The position numbers and the translations under genes are program-made. 64,000 nt of DNA from Phoronis australis (lineage: Eukaryota; Animalia; Phoronida), in contig NMRA01000244.1 in the NCBI GenBank assembly GCA_002633005.1, forward strand, positions 162,926-226,925, given 5' to 3'. Numbering within the stretch: the first letter of the stretch is position 1; each line of letters begins with the position of its first letter. The notes below the pieces were generated by a model. It ran no database searches. It was given only the letters and a program-made list of their open reading frames with translations, and had not been told where the DNA came from. Positions 24,983 through 37,779 of this stretch are shown piece after piece.

Positions 24983-26886
24983 CTATGGAAGAGACAAATA
25001 TGTTGTGCGAGTTGGATTAGACAGCGTTTACACGAGACTTAGGTGTAACTGGTTCCAAGATGATCCAACACACCGCACTTGTCTGTTTTTCTTTACAACA
25101 TGGAAGTCTTATTACTGCGCATGTGTAATGACCATTGCCACAAATGACGGTCAATGCACATGGGTCAAATCCCAGTCTCGGATTTGCTTTAGCTAGTTCC
25201 TGTTTACAGGCGTGCGTTCACAAGAAGCGAGAACCTCGCAAAAACGCAAGCTCACGCGAGATAACGCCATGTATAAAAGACTAGTTTTCTTCGCGAATTT
25301 CTTACGTGTCAGTTCGGGACTTGCATGGCGAATCAGCTGCCCTACTTCCAGTTGTGTAACGATTGAGCTGGAATCAAACTGTTTTCGCTTGATTGATTTG
25401 GAGCATCTTGTCAGTGTCGGAACATGTCGCAAATGAAACAGCTTTCTCCCCACGTGTCGTGTAAACGCGTTATAAGGTAGTATGAAGAATACGTATGTTA
25501 CCAGAGAGAAACAATGGTGTAGGCGGAGGAAAGGACACAAGAAATTGTCTCTCTAGAACTATGGACAATGTGTAGTGTACACGGATTGGCTGAGGCATAG
25601 TACAAACCTCGTGTTACAATGCGGCGGGATTTGGGCCTGCATGACGTAGCTCAATGTTTAAGAACAGTCCTGCGAAGGAAACGTGCTTATATCCGAAAAT
25701 TTAAAGGCTATATCTTGACAAGCTCATAAAACGATACCGAAACGAATTGTCCATGTTTCTAGGAAACCGAAAGCGCCCACCAGGTATAACGGGAGAAGCG
25801 GATTAGCAAGCCATATGTAGGCCTACATTGTATTGAACTTGTGGTCGTGGAATAGGTAAAGCATAGCAGGTGTGTGAATAACGATGTATCTACAAAGAAA
25901 GTGCGCCTGAGGAAATAACTAGGTTAGTTAGAAGACAACGTTCTGGGCGTGTGAAGACAAGCTACATCAGTATCAGGAGACATCAGCCATGACGTCAGAG
26001 ACCTCGAAGTTAAGATACACACGGACCTGCATTTCAACTCAGTATAGTGAAGACCGATACACGCTTAGAGGTTTTTGACTCCAGCAAGTTTGCGGGTTAT
26101 ATTTTTACGATTATTTTAAGAACAGCGAACAAGCTCTCTGACCCGGTTTTTTCGAGATAATACGCTGTTGCTTTAGGATTGGATGCAATTAATATGCAGT
26201 ATTGCATTTACATAACAGGATCCCAGTCTTCTTTGTGCATTTTTTTCTCGCGCCGTTACGTGTGTCCTTACTAACTATCATATCTACCTGTTCCCATTAA
26301 ATTACTGTCAACCATAACATGTTGAAAAGACTTGCTGGGATAATTAACTTTTAAAATGACAAATCTGGGCAATTTCTTTTACATTTTCTTTTGTCTTGAT
26401 TGACTCGGGCATGGCTGATGTTCTGCAAAACACGTCACTCTCAAACCACCCATTAGATGTCACTTACCACCCTTTAGACCGACAGTCGTACAAATCAACG
26501 TCATTGTATTGCCATCTCATTCCTTCAACAAAGTCGTTTTACAATAACACTCGCTCTTCCAGCTGACATTCAACAGTTCATAAAAAACAATTGATTATTT
26601 AAAGATATGAACAGCTTGGTATCACACAGTGAAGCCTCCATGGTTCTATTATGTTTTAAGGTATGAGGTCAAACTGAAAAAATCAGGGAATTTAGAATCA
26701 CGAATATTGACTAGTTGGTGTATTACATTTAGATTTTAGACGACGATATGGCTGTCGGAAGAACCCAGGGATGTCGGTTCAGTCCTTCAGTACCCATAAC
26801 CTGCTTAGTACAATAATTAAGTTGCAGAGGGCGCACACGACTATTTGAATGTAGCAACAATATGGGGTGATGAAAAATCCCCTTAC

Positions 26887-27018
26887 CAGGATAAATCCGT
26901 AGGAATCCCGTTGAACTACCAAAATATTGCCACGTGAGTGTGGGGTCCCTCTTGTAGTTACTGCGGAATGTTTCCTCAAGGGCTAGAGTCCAGTTGACCC
27001 CATACAAAATGTGGGAAG
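26887..27018 (-). CDS. CACNA2D3: alpha2delta exon 6 ([43 protein letters not shown])
   Basis: Hallmark DPxLxWQYFGSxxGxxRxYP, phase 1-1, 132 nt. Confidence 0.97.
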
Positions 27019-27601
27019 CTGTGAACAACAGAAACGTCTATCAGTAAAGTTGTGAAAGAACTTGTATTACGTCAAGCTACGTCGTGTTTTTGAAAGAGGT
27101 CACACACGGTGGTTCTTATTATAGTTTACATGTACAGGCATTCATGACCAGGTTCATAAATATATATAAACGTCGATGACGCTTTCATCCTCGTGATTAA
27201 GCTTTTTTCAAAGAAACTGTGTAACTTTATCGCAAAAGCTTGTCTTGTATGGTGATACATGGTTTTACCGTCTTGAAATGAAGAAGTGGCTAAAAATGTT
27301 TGTTCCAGCTCTGAACTGAGTGACGTCATAGTTTGGGAGGTCTCATTTACATACTAGCTATTCCAGACTATTTCCGGTCCGAAATTCAGGGTTTGGAATG
27401 AACAATCACATGAAGAGAAAATTATCCAAGTGACAAATAATTAGACTTATGTGATAGAAGTAGTAAAATGAGATGCAAAAACTTTTTAATGATAAAAAGG
27501 TGACGAAAAAAGAGAAAGCTGGAAACAAATAAGAGGAAGTCGAAACCAAAAAAGAGGCAATCCTCAGAAAATTCCAAGCCCAGAAAATAATGGACACTTA
27601 C

Positions 27602-27675
27602 TCCTCTGGGTATCGTTTCGTTCACTCTCACTATCTTTTCGCCATTGTAATTTGTAACATATTGTATTGTGTTAG
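27602..27675 (-). other. Candidate cassette exon in alpha2delta intron 5 (NTIQYVTNYNGEKIVRVNETIPRG), frame-shifting
   Basis: Strong acceptor (ttttgttttgcatccag), consensus GTAAGT donor, open in the incoming phase-1 frame, 74 nt. Confidence 0.45.
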
Positions 27676-27784
27676 CTGGATGCAAAACAAAAAGTCGGTC
27701 CTTCAGTTACAGAAGCAGACTGACTGAAAGGAGTAGACAGGCGGGTCAGTCTAATGTCGACGTGTACGCTCGAATTCATACAAA

Positions 27785-27923
27785 CAGTGGNNNNNNNNNN
27801 NNNNNNNNNNNNTAGATTCTATTTGGCAGTTCGGAGGTACGAATGTCTGACGGGCAAAATCCTGGCTAATTCTCCGCCCTGCGCCCCCCCCTCCCGTAAA
27901 TAAAAATCCTGGATACGCCCCTG
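27785..27923 (-). mobile_element. MITE family B copy, spanning a 22-N assembly gap (27791-27812)
   Basis: CAGTGG...GGATACGCCCCTG termini; TSD ACAAA/ACAAA. Confidence 0.7.
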
Positions 27924-27963
27924 ACAAAAATTAAACTAAACATACTTTAGTAATATTACTTAC

Positions 27964-28126
27964 ATTTATCGAACACGTTAGTCGGCACGTGCACGGTACT
28001 AACGTTGATATTGACCGGTATGTTGTTGAAGTGCGCATTCTCCTGCAGATCCAATATTCGGTTTCCCTCCGCTAGTGCTCCGGATGGCTTCGTATTGTTG
28101 ATCTTTTTGGCGTTGTAATAAACAAA
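27964..28126 (-). CDS. CACNA2D3: alpha2delta exon 5 (FVYYNAKK...NAHFNNIPVNINVSTVHVPTNVFDK)
   Basis: VWA_N motifs YYNAK and VHVPTN, phase 0-1, 163 nt. Confidence 0.95.
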
Positions 28127-28269
28127 CTAAAACGACAGATTTATACGGTTAAGGCATGTGGAAATAAATGTTTTTGACTGCTTGTATACCTTGTTTTTGT
28201 ACAGCTAATTCTTTCAGGCTAGTATTGCTTAGGATTTGTTATCTTCATGTTACCGTATGATTGTCTTAC

Positions 28270-28338
28270 CTGGGAATCGTTGATGTTTTTGTTATACACG
28301 CTGTTCTTCGCTGTTCGTTCAGCCACTTTAGCCAACCT
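28270..28338 (-). CDS. CACNA2D3: alpha2delta exon 4 (RLAKVAERTAKNSVYNKNINDSQ)
   Basis: AG/GTAAG boundaries, phase 0-0, 69 nt. Confidence 0.92.
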
Positions 28339-29569
28339 CTGTAACATAAACAGTGTAGAGAAAGAATGGTTAGAGTATACGAAGCGTATGAGTAAAATTA
28401 TGCAAATGAGAACCACAGTGTTGTCCGCAGATTGTCTACTTCGTACTTGACTCCACTCTGACAAAACCGGATACAAAATTTAGAAGTCACATAAGTCCCG
28501 TTCACACGCACTTACCCCACAAATACTTGCACTAGTGCAACTTACCACCCGCATACTCACAAACACACACACATATCTGATAACTAGTGGAAGGCGGAAA
28601 TTGTCGCCTTATGCATAACAACGGACAGCTGATGCGAATACCGCGCGCAAAAGAAGACTCGTCTGCATGTAACCGCAGCAGATAATTACTTCCGCTTTCC
28701 CCCAGTAGCTACTTGCTAGCAACGAGTCAAAAAATAAAACAAAATGTGTTGCTTATTTGATATTAGGCCCAGACTTCCATTTAAAGCGCAATTAAACCAA
28801 CATTTTCTGTCAAAATTTTTTATTTAAGCCACCGTCAAAAAATTGATCTTTCCAAGTTCCTTACTAAACTCAAGAAGATCTATTAGTTTGTTACTTCATC
28901 ACAACAAGCTCTTAATTTTTCAGGCCAAATCGTAACATACAACGAACTTTCAGTTCTTTCCAAATTCAAAAAACACGCTTATTTAGACTGAGGAATAATT
29001 TAAGACCGGTAATTGGCTTAACTCGAAAACTTTTGACAGAAACAGAACGGTGGTTTCCAGAAAAAAAGGGAACAAACCTGGATAAACTGGGAAGGAAACG
29101 CCACAAAAGTTGGACCCCATATCGGTGTAGAATGAGACATTGTAAATTTTGAAAAGTCAAAAAGCCGTAATATATTGGTCAAATTTCAGGTGAGGTTTGG
29201 TTCCGGGCACCACACCTGGAGAAAAGGATACATACTTGTGGTACACAGCAGGTACTAACTGACAAATGGAAGACTGAGATGTATTGGCCATCATTATACG
29301 TATCACAATGATTTTACCCAATGTCAATCGTCAAAAATCAAAATTAATTTGCTCGGCCTATCACGAGTTTTTACCTGTTATGCAGCTACGTGCGAATTTG
29401 CCTGAGTGGAAACTATCATGTTTTGACTAGCATTCTCACAATGAAATGAAAAATCCTATTGTCTCGTATTTTGTCAACTTAGTACAAGTTATAAGTCGCG
29501 TGACCTTCGGCACACTTACGTAATGCACCAGTTGGGGTTGGCGCTTTCATTTCTTGTCTCGGTTCTTAC

Positions 29570-29680
29570 CTCGACGGCCTTCACTTTCTTCTCCAACATA
29601 TTCACGATATCATCGGCCATCTGCTGCACGATCTGCTTACCGTTAACACTCACTACCTTTACATTGTTGTCCGTGTATGC
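29570..29680 (-). CDS. CACNA2D3: alpha2delta exon 3 (AYTDNNVKVVSVNGKQIVQQMADDIVNMLEKKVKAVE)
   Basis: AG/GTAAG boundaries, phase 0-0, 111 nt. Confidence 0.93.
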
Positions 29681-30373
29681 CTAAAACAGAACTGATATTA
29701 AGTAACACTGTCAGTTCAACTGGCCTTCTGCCACATTTTTGATTTGTAGACGTATTGGAAACTTTCAAGAAATGATTTTGTATTGGGTCAAATGCTAAAG
29801 AATTGTCATGGGCGCAAAAAGTTTTCTATGCTCTCCAGTTTTTGTGAGCCGTAAAACACGTTCTTGTTTAGGCTAGGTCCCCATCATCGTGCGTTTCTTG
29901 GCTATATACACTATATGAAAGGTATGTCTTCATAATTTTACAAAAAGTTTGTATTTTTCTAGTCCTGTGGGAAATTTTAGAGCAAGGCTTTCTCAACCCG
30001 TTTTGAAGTCCGTCTCCAGAGAGTCAAAAATTCTCTTTAACTGGGTACTGACGAAAAGAGAACAGGAAACAAAACAATGTTTATGTTGGTTTATAGAAAT
30101 TGTAGCAATAATATCAGTATATCTTATGCTTAACATGGTTAAGCAAACTGCAAATGGGAAGAACTAGAATGTTGACGAAATCTACCGGAAAATGGCGCTT
30201 GGAGAACCATGCGAAGGATTAAAGCCTTTTCATTTCACACAGTCAGTGTACTTTGGTAGATTATTTTATTAGAGACGTCCTTTACTTTCGTGAATTTTGT
30301 TCGAAAATGCAACGCTCACTCCCCAAATTATGAAAAGCGTGACTCTAGTGGCCGCGGACTCTAAAACCCTTCC

Positions 30374-30571
30374 CATGCGCGCACCCATTTGGCGAAGTGG
30401 GCAAAAAGGTCCGCCTCAGAGAGACAAAAAGTCCTTTAAACATGCGCAAACGCGCAAATTCACAGTGGTGCTCCCGTTTTTTTCTTTTGTCCGCCCGCTT
30501 TTTTGTTACCAAAAGTTCCTCAAGTCAGGAATTCGACCCCCCCCCCATATTGAAGGCTGGGTGCGCGCATG
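30374..30571 (+). mobile_element. MITE family C (CATGCGCGCACCCA TIR); partial copies at about 8080-8209 and ending near 34224
   Basis: Perfect 14-bp TIR; core TTGGCGAAGTGGGCAAAA.GTCCGCCTCAGAGA shared with the copy near 8089. Confidence 0.75.
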
Positions 30572-31096
30572 CTTCTCAGGGTCTTCCCTAAACGAAATAT
30601 TGTTTTTGGACATTGTCTGAAATAAACGCTCTACTGCCGTTATTCAATACATCTAAATCTCGATGATTTACCAAATGCAGTTAGAATCAGTGGCTATACT
30701 GCGAACATATATATTTGAGTGATATAATAAAATGAAAATCAAAAAATTGTAATTATCGTCTTTGTTAAAGTAAACGATTACGTCACTCTGGAGCTTTTAC
30801 AGCACCTCAATTACTAAAGACACTGTTGCACGCTATTAACCTCAAGCGCAACGCGGGGAATCGGGAATGTGCGTATTAAGGCCAAGGGCCTGTAACAGCT
30901 TCTTATTTAATTTTAACTTTTCTTATCTCGTAAAATTTTGCTTTTCAAGGACTAAAATGGGGACACCCACATAAATATATGTGTTTCTACGTAAAATAGG
31001 ATTATAGGTGGGTACACCTGTCGGTAAATGTTGACCAGCGAAGTCTCTCTTTGTAACTGGGTACACCAAATTCGGGATGGGTGAATCTATAAACGG

Positions 31097-31262
31097 GACC
31101 CGTCACGACGGGTCGAATTATATTTATATAGCTTGACCCGCAGTGATGGGTCCATCTATATGAATATAACTGGACCCGCCGTGATGGGTCCAGTTATATT
31201 TATATAGCGGCACCCGCAGTGATGGGTCTGTCTATATGAATATAACTGAACCCGTCACGACC
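31097..31262. repeat. 38-bp-period array of palindromes with alternately inverted spacers
   Basis: GACCCG-N6-(C/T)GGGTC-like units at 31097, 31135, 31173, 31211 and 31249 (last one partial). Confidence 0.85.
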
Positions 31263-34029
31263 TATGCCTATGACAGGATGTAGGGATCGATGCGTGGCTA
31301 CATCCGAAACCCTCAAGTAATTTCGAGAAGGAGATCTTCGGGATTAAATGCGTTTCCACACAATGCAATAGTGTGATGGCAACACTGCGTCCTGGCAATT
31401 GTGAAAATGAAGCGCACCAATCTAGTGGCGGTTTATATTGATTTAGGGCGTCAAGAAGTCCCTTAAGAAGCGTTTGTACCGTTAAATGACAAAATCAATA
31501 CCGGCGTTCTACATGTACAGTTGCGTAGGTTACGAAAACTATGTAATTGTTTGCACAGTACAACTTTTATGTATCAGTTAACATATTTAATAAATGGTTC
31601 GAGTTGGCCGTGCGAAGCGTTTCGATGAATCAGAATTTGGAAAAACAGCCCAAGGGTCACGTGACTCGTATCGAAACCGCATGAACAGTTATTATATTTT
31701 GGAAACAGCATAATGACCTCGATTTAATGTATTGTTGCCCATAGATTTTCCACCATTGTCGTGAATTGAATGGATTGTTCTGGCCTGAGAGAGCGACCGC
31801 CATGTCTCAGGTCTACACCAAAGTTAGTTCCAAATGAATGAACACAGTGTGAACATTGCAACCTCATTATAGATTTGTCGTACAGGAGTCGAACTATAGC
31901 AGCCGACACAAACCATGTTAATGCCATGTAGCGGCCTTAATTTCTTCAACATCTAAAAAATACGTGTGACTAATTTCCTCAGTAATGACTTATTTCCTGA
32001 CTAAGACTGATACAATGATATCTACTCATCTATCTATTAAGCTGTCTGCCAGCCTGACGATATGTATGCCAGCGTGTCTGTCTATGCGTCGGTCTATCTA
32101 CCACGTTTTAATGATTGCAGTACCAGATCTGGGGAGGCTAGCCTATTGCTGCTTAGATGTGTGATTTTTCGACATAGTTCATTACAACAGGGCTTACTTT
32201 GTGAAAACTGAGTTTCCATGAAATGAGCCAGTTTTATACTGAACAGATCTAAAGACCGGCTTTTGTTCTCATTTATAGTTTGTTTGTAGACATAATACTC
32301 GTTTGTGACAACATGGCAGTTGTACCCGGATGTAAAGAAAGATAGTCGAGTGCCCCCCGCAAATCTTTAGTTAAAAAGTTGGTGACGTAATTCTCTCACG
32401 AGTGACCGTCGTCTTATCTTATCTGTCATTTTGTTGGTGATGTACTGTGAATATTCTCTCGCCTGTTTATGCGTTCTTGAAACGTTCATTTCCTGGTACG
32501 GTCTTCAGAAATATGTCTACGTCATTCACGTACGTTTTTATAAGTGTTAATGCGCCAAGTTGTAATGCGCCTGTCTCGTTCGAAGCTACGTAATATGTCA
32601 TATATGCAAAATAACAATTAAGACTGTGTCATTTTCAATATTCAGTTGCTCATTATATAGAACTCCCATGAGAACTTTATTTTTCATCAAACAATGGAGA
32701 CAGTGTATTCAATTTTCTCTCGTTGTACTACACACTGTAACAAGATTTCCGGTTATTGATTGTACTATGTCTTACACGAAAGACAATTCCGTTATATTCT
32801 ATTATTTTCTAATGAAACTACATCCGTATTACAATGGAAATGTGACATGTTGTTCCATAATGCTTACATCTTTTCATCTTCTCCGTTTTAAGGATGAGTA
32901 GCTAATCATAGCCACAATTGTCGTTCGGTCAAACGTGACGTCACGCTTTTACGCATGGAATGTAGACTGCATCGTTCCAGGCAGTCGGTCACATAGTTTT
33001 ATGACCAAAACACTGGAAAGCTCTCTTGAATGACACAAATGCTGAATAAATTCGTTGTTAAAAACAATAAAAACCATTATGTACCCGGTACGCTTCAGTT
33101 CAAATATTGTTTAACAAAATTAAGGTAATGTCTTTCATAATTCGTGGATAACATCGTCCACAATTCATTTCTATGGATATGCAAATTATGAATAGTGGTG
33201 GCAGTCATTTATGCCTGATATAAATTAGCCAATGAGAATTGAAGAATAATGTTCGATATGAAAAAATGAATGGTGAATTCTCGCCAGCTCATTTATAGAA
33301 TGTGGTGAATATCATTCTGATTTATACCCGATACAAATAGAGTACATAGCTCAAGTACACAACACTTTTATCATTTGACCACTTAGTCAGACAAAGATTG
33401 TTTCAATGTTTACAAGTATTCCTGGCTTCTGATTGGCTACAAATTGTCTTAGGCATGTTTTCAGCATTTGTGTCACACATTTTAGTGTCGAAGCCAGACT
33501 CTTCTAACATTTGAGTCTGGTGAAGATCTCAAAAACGGGGCTACTTGGTTAGAGTTTTACCGTACAAAAGCTAGAATCTGTTTTGTTTGCGTATCTCAGC
33601 ATTTCAAATTGTCTGATACTTTTCTCATTTTCTGTTATTGTTCTCAGACAATTTTTTATCCAGCTGATGATTCTAATTGCTTGTTGTTCCTCTTAGGACA
33701 ACCTTAGGACAACCTTTATGAGATTCAAAAATAAATGCGCGGTTATACTTATGTTAGACATCATTACAATTTATTTCAGATATAATTGGAATAGTGGTGG
33801 ATATTAGTGTTTTTTATATCTGATATGAATAGGATTATGGTTGGCATTAATGAATTATGTACGATATTATTCGAGAATTATGTACGATATTATTCAAGAA
33901 TTATGTCAGACATAACTTATTTTATATCAAACAGAATTATTTATGTCTGACATAATTCTGATTAATGTCAGATAAAAATCGAAATTATGCGGAACTGCGC
34001 TAACAATATGTGAAGAAGCTTGCTTCAAC

Positions 34030-34296
34030 CAGCGGCGGATTTAGGGGGCAAAGGGGGCCGTGGACCCCCTCAAATTCTCCCAGATACCATTTTTGGGGGG
34101 GTGAATTCACAATGCACAGGCCCTGAACAAACCCCGTTTACCTGTTGTTTTTTAGTAATTAGGTCCACAAACCCAAATATTCAAAACACCTGCATCCCTA
34201 CATTTTAGGCTGGGCGCGCGCATGCGGCGAAATTGTGGTTATTCTTGTGCCCTGCCGCCCCCCCCCCCCCAACTCAAAATCCTGGATCCGCCCCTG
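34030..34296 (-). mobile_element. MITE family B copy with a nested family C fragment
   Basis: CAGCGGCGGAT...ATCCGCCCCTG termini; TSD TCAAC/TCAAC. Confidence 0.7.
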
Positions 34297-34639
34297 TCAA
34301 CATTAAATGGAATTGGATGGACGAGGTTGTCATATCGCGACCATTCCAGTATGCACCACAAAACAGAGGCATGTAATTACCGCTATTGTAGTTCGTAATT
34401 AAGTATAAAGTGACTTTGTTTTTACGTAACCGACACATTCATTATTCGCTGCAGCAATTTCCAGTAACAACTGAAACGTCTAATGAGTGCTAACTGCGTT
34501 ACACGATGTCTGCTATTAAAACAGTAACCATGACAACGCAACTTATTGTCAGGCTGTGCCTTGGCATGGTTAATTAATTTTATGGTGATAGAACAATATG
34601 AACAGTTGTGGAAAACAAGTGTAAATAGCATCGTTAAGA

Positions 34640-34738
34640 CCGTAGGCTACTGTTTTCGCAAGAATCGCTGGGCAGTCTCACGAGTCTCGCCGTAGGCTAC
34701 TGTTTTCGCAAGATTCACTGGGCAGTCTCTCGAGTCTC
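34640..34738 (+). repeat. 50-bp tandem duplication
   Basis: CCGTAGGCTACTGTTTTCGCAAGA...GAGTCTC twice. Confidence 0.85.
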
Positions 34739-35415
34739 AAAGCGCACTACGTCGCGAAGCGCTGAGCAATCAGAATTCCCGTAGTGTCGATCAGTAATTG
34801 TACTTTATGGTTTAGCACGGGATGCAGAAAGTCTGATTGATCGATTTAGAAGGCCATACGCCAACGAGCATTGAGGTCAATAGCGTTTTTAAGTTGTAGA
34901 CTTTTGATAGAGATCGTCCATTAAAAGTTGCTCCTTAATGACCCTCTAGCACGTACAAGATCAAAATGAAATTAATGCCTGGAAACTTGTTCCGTGGAAG
35001 TTTTTTGAGGTTTCCCAACCCCGTGAAACATATATCTATTGAACATATTTCACACACACTCTGTCAACCCTCAAAACAACTGTATATCAGTGACTTTTGT
35101 TGTTGTGAGACAGTGTCGCACGTTTACACCACTTGTGCTACAACCCGTCATTGCGAGCAACTACAGTAACCTACGACCTAGAAATTTTAAAACCGGTTGC
35201 AGATGAATTTTGGACATGAGTATGTTCAAAAGTCACCGACGACCAATATTTCAAGCAGTGGTCAGCTGCGATCTCTAACAGCCGTACGTTATTTTCACGA
35301 TTATCTTGCGATTCTTCAAAATGTCAGTCGTAAATCGGTCGTAACTTGGTTCGTACCTCCACTGTGACCGGCTTCACGTTATCGTTCAAATCACCACATT
35401 ATGTAAATGCATTAC

Positions 35416-35497
35416 CTTTTTGAGGGCGTCCAGTCCTGTGGCGTTGCGACTGATTTCTGTCAACTTACGTCCGATTTCAGATGCCCAGTGGATGGCA
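35416..35497 (-). CDS. CACNA2D3: alpha2delta exon 2 (AIHWASEIGRKLTEISRNATGLDALKK)
   Basis: ttttcag acceptor, GTAATG donor, 82 nt, W-containing N-terminal helix typical of the family. Confidence 0.93.
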
Positions 35498-37681
35498 CTG
35501 AAAAGAGCAAAGGACCACGTAAACAGAACGAAGAGGCAAATATTGGTTTTCATTATGTCGGTTTCCGGCAAAACCTTATTGAGATGACTCGTCTTTTTCC
35601 CTGCACTAAGAAAGCAACTTTTACGTTTGCTAAATTGTCTTGCTGCGGCGCGTGCTTTTTTGTAACAAGTCAAAACTGTACATTCTGTCACGTTGTATAT
35701 CCTGTCACGTTGCATGGCAGTATTAAGTGATCTCATGCCTTTTCTCGTTACTAGTAATATTGGATTCAATGCTTTTGAGTCAAATTGTCGACGATTTTCC
35801 AGGAGATTGACATGAAACTATACGGTCTGTGACAAGGGTCGTGTTGTGAAATGCTTGGTTATTCTGGAATGCCTCAGTCGACAGGCCTGCTCCGTTGCGC
35901 TACCTCAGTTTATGGATCACATGAAAACGGAACGTTCAGTTGGTCAACACGCGCCCTGCATGCTATATCATAACCACCCGGGATTTTCTGCCACGTTTGG
36001 TACATGTGTGTGCCGGCTTGCAAGTGTATTTGCTTAATACAAAATCATGTCATATGCAAAAGGATTCAGAGCTTGTAGTTAGTCGATATCTATCACTTGA
36101 CGTCGGTTATAACCAATGTACAGCCAAGAGGTCAGGGTGCTGGCGCTGGCCGGCATCTTTATGTATAGTTTGAAGCAGTTAAGGAGTGTCTTAAGTTAAA
36201 ACCTCCGGTGACTGGGGTGTAGTGTAATAACATCCTCAATAAAAATTGTCGATTTCTGATGTCGGCAAGTGTTTCACTCACTTTGGCTAGTAAGTATACT
36301 TTTTATGGTAATTACGGAATCTCATGCACAACTTGGCAGCAGTACTTGGTTAACATTGCCGTCTATGCGGGAAGCGAATGAAGAGGCTGTATAAGGTCAT
36401 TGTGTGGAATGGAATGAGCGGGATGAGAGCATGTAGGACAAATTGGCCATGGCAGGCCTAAGTGAACCACTAGTTTTGCCCCTGTATATGGCTACCACAG
36501 ACCATTAATCCGAGTTGCATAAAAATTTGGAATCATATGCACATGATATATATACCCATCGATCAGTGCGAAATAATGCACCCATTGTCAACATGTAGTT
36601 CAGTGACGAACTCTTTGTAATCAATATCAGACTGATCTGGACCAGTGGAATAAGCATAAAGCGTGACGTGCAGGCCATGCCGTGTGTCTCCCGTCGGTTA
36701 ACTTGATGAATCGCCTACTGAATAAGAAGGATGATTTGTCCCGGTGCTCGGATCAATAAATGTTTAAACTGAACACAAGTGAAGACTACAATTTTCCTCG
36801 TTTGGTCAGCGGATTGGTAGATATGAACATATTACTTTAATTAGGCCTTCAACGTGTGATGGTAAATTGTGTGATTCTGTCAGTTCTTTGGCCAAGGGTT
36901 AGTTAATACGAGACTTTGTTGGCAAGTCGATCTGTACATTTCTTTAACAGAATTCAACTTAAGGAAAAGACTCTATTTTCTGAACATACGGAGCCTACAG
37001 AATTTGATACTTGACTTAATCAATAAAATCTTCCATTAATTGGACCTTGTGGCCATTTCTGCACAATTAAGCTGAAAAATAAATGTCCATACACAACAAA
37101 ATAACGTACTCAGTAATATAAATTTTATTTGAAGATGAAGTCTCAAGATGATGTTACAGTTTTCTAAATTATCATTTCATTTTTCTGTTTATGCAACTGT
37201 TGATTTTTCAAAAAAGCCCTGTTTTTATAGCTCAGTATGAAAACGTAGAACATTTGAGAAACAGTTTTTAGTGGCCGGTTGGAGAACAGTGCCTACAGTC
37301 AAGTATCTGAAAGTTTCAGTTGGTATCTGATAAACTATTTCTGAGATATAATGTCCCTAAGATCGCTAAATTTGGGCAATTTTCGTGGGCCGGTCTCGCT
37401 TGACCTCTAGAGTGACGTCGACATCAACATGACATTTTAAAAACTCAAAACACAACCAGAATCCTTGTACGATACAGAAAAATGCTAGTATTTTTATATT
37501 AAATTAGAAAAAATCTTGTTATATCACGTGAGTATATCAGTGGTTAACAGATTCGACTTGTGACTCCGTCATATAAAGGTTGAACTGGAAGGCTGTCTCA
37601 GTACGGGAGTTCATAGTGTTTTTGAACATTGATTATTTGTGAAACACGCACTAATAGCGGCCCCCACACCTCGATACTTAC

Positions 37682-37779
37682 GATCTGGTGCTGAGATTCA
37701 GCTCGCCGTAATATCCACTAAGGTGAAGTGTCCACAAGAATACAATAATCACTATCCTTGTAGCACGCATACCCCTCAT
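37682..37779 (-). CDS. CACNA2D3: alpha2delta exon 1 (ATG, signal peptide MRGMRATRIVIIVFLWTLHLSGYYGELNLSTRS)
   Basis: First ATG after an in-frame TAA, basic n-region plus hydrophobic core, GTAAGT donor in phase 2 matching exon 2. Confidence 0.88.

Larger units (their letters stand above)
5784..37779 (-). other. CACNA2D3: Gene span: voltage-dependent calcium channel subunit alpha-2/delta (alpha2delta-3/4, straightjacket-like), 28 coding exons in window, 3' end incomplete
   Basis: 28 GT-AG exons splice into one open frame of 2815 nt: signal peptide, VWA_N, VWA (DASGS MIDAS, TDG) and dCache regions. [30 protein letters not shown] and CYLLDNNGY match alpha2delta-3/4. Orthology to one vertebrate paralog cannot be fixed from sequence alone. 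Confidence 0.95.

Noticed and set aside
27791-27812. Assembly gap hiding an exon that restores the cassette-exon frame
   Set aside because: The gap lies inside a MITE with matching TSDs, and the required phase-2 entry into the cassette meets an immediate TAA.
31097-31262. CRISPR-like palindromic repeats with spacers
   Set aside because: The spacers are the same sequence in alternating orientation, not unique.
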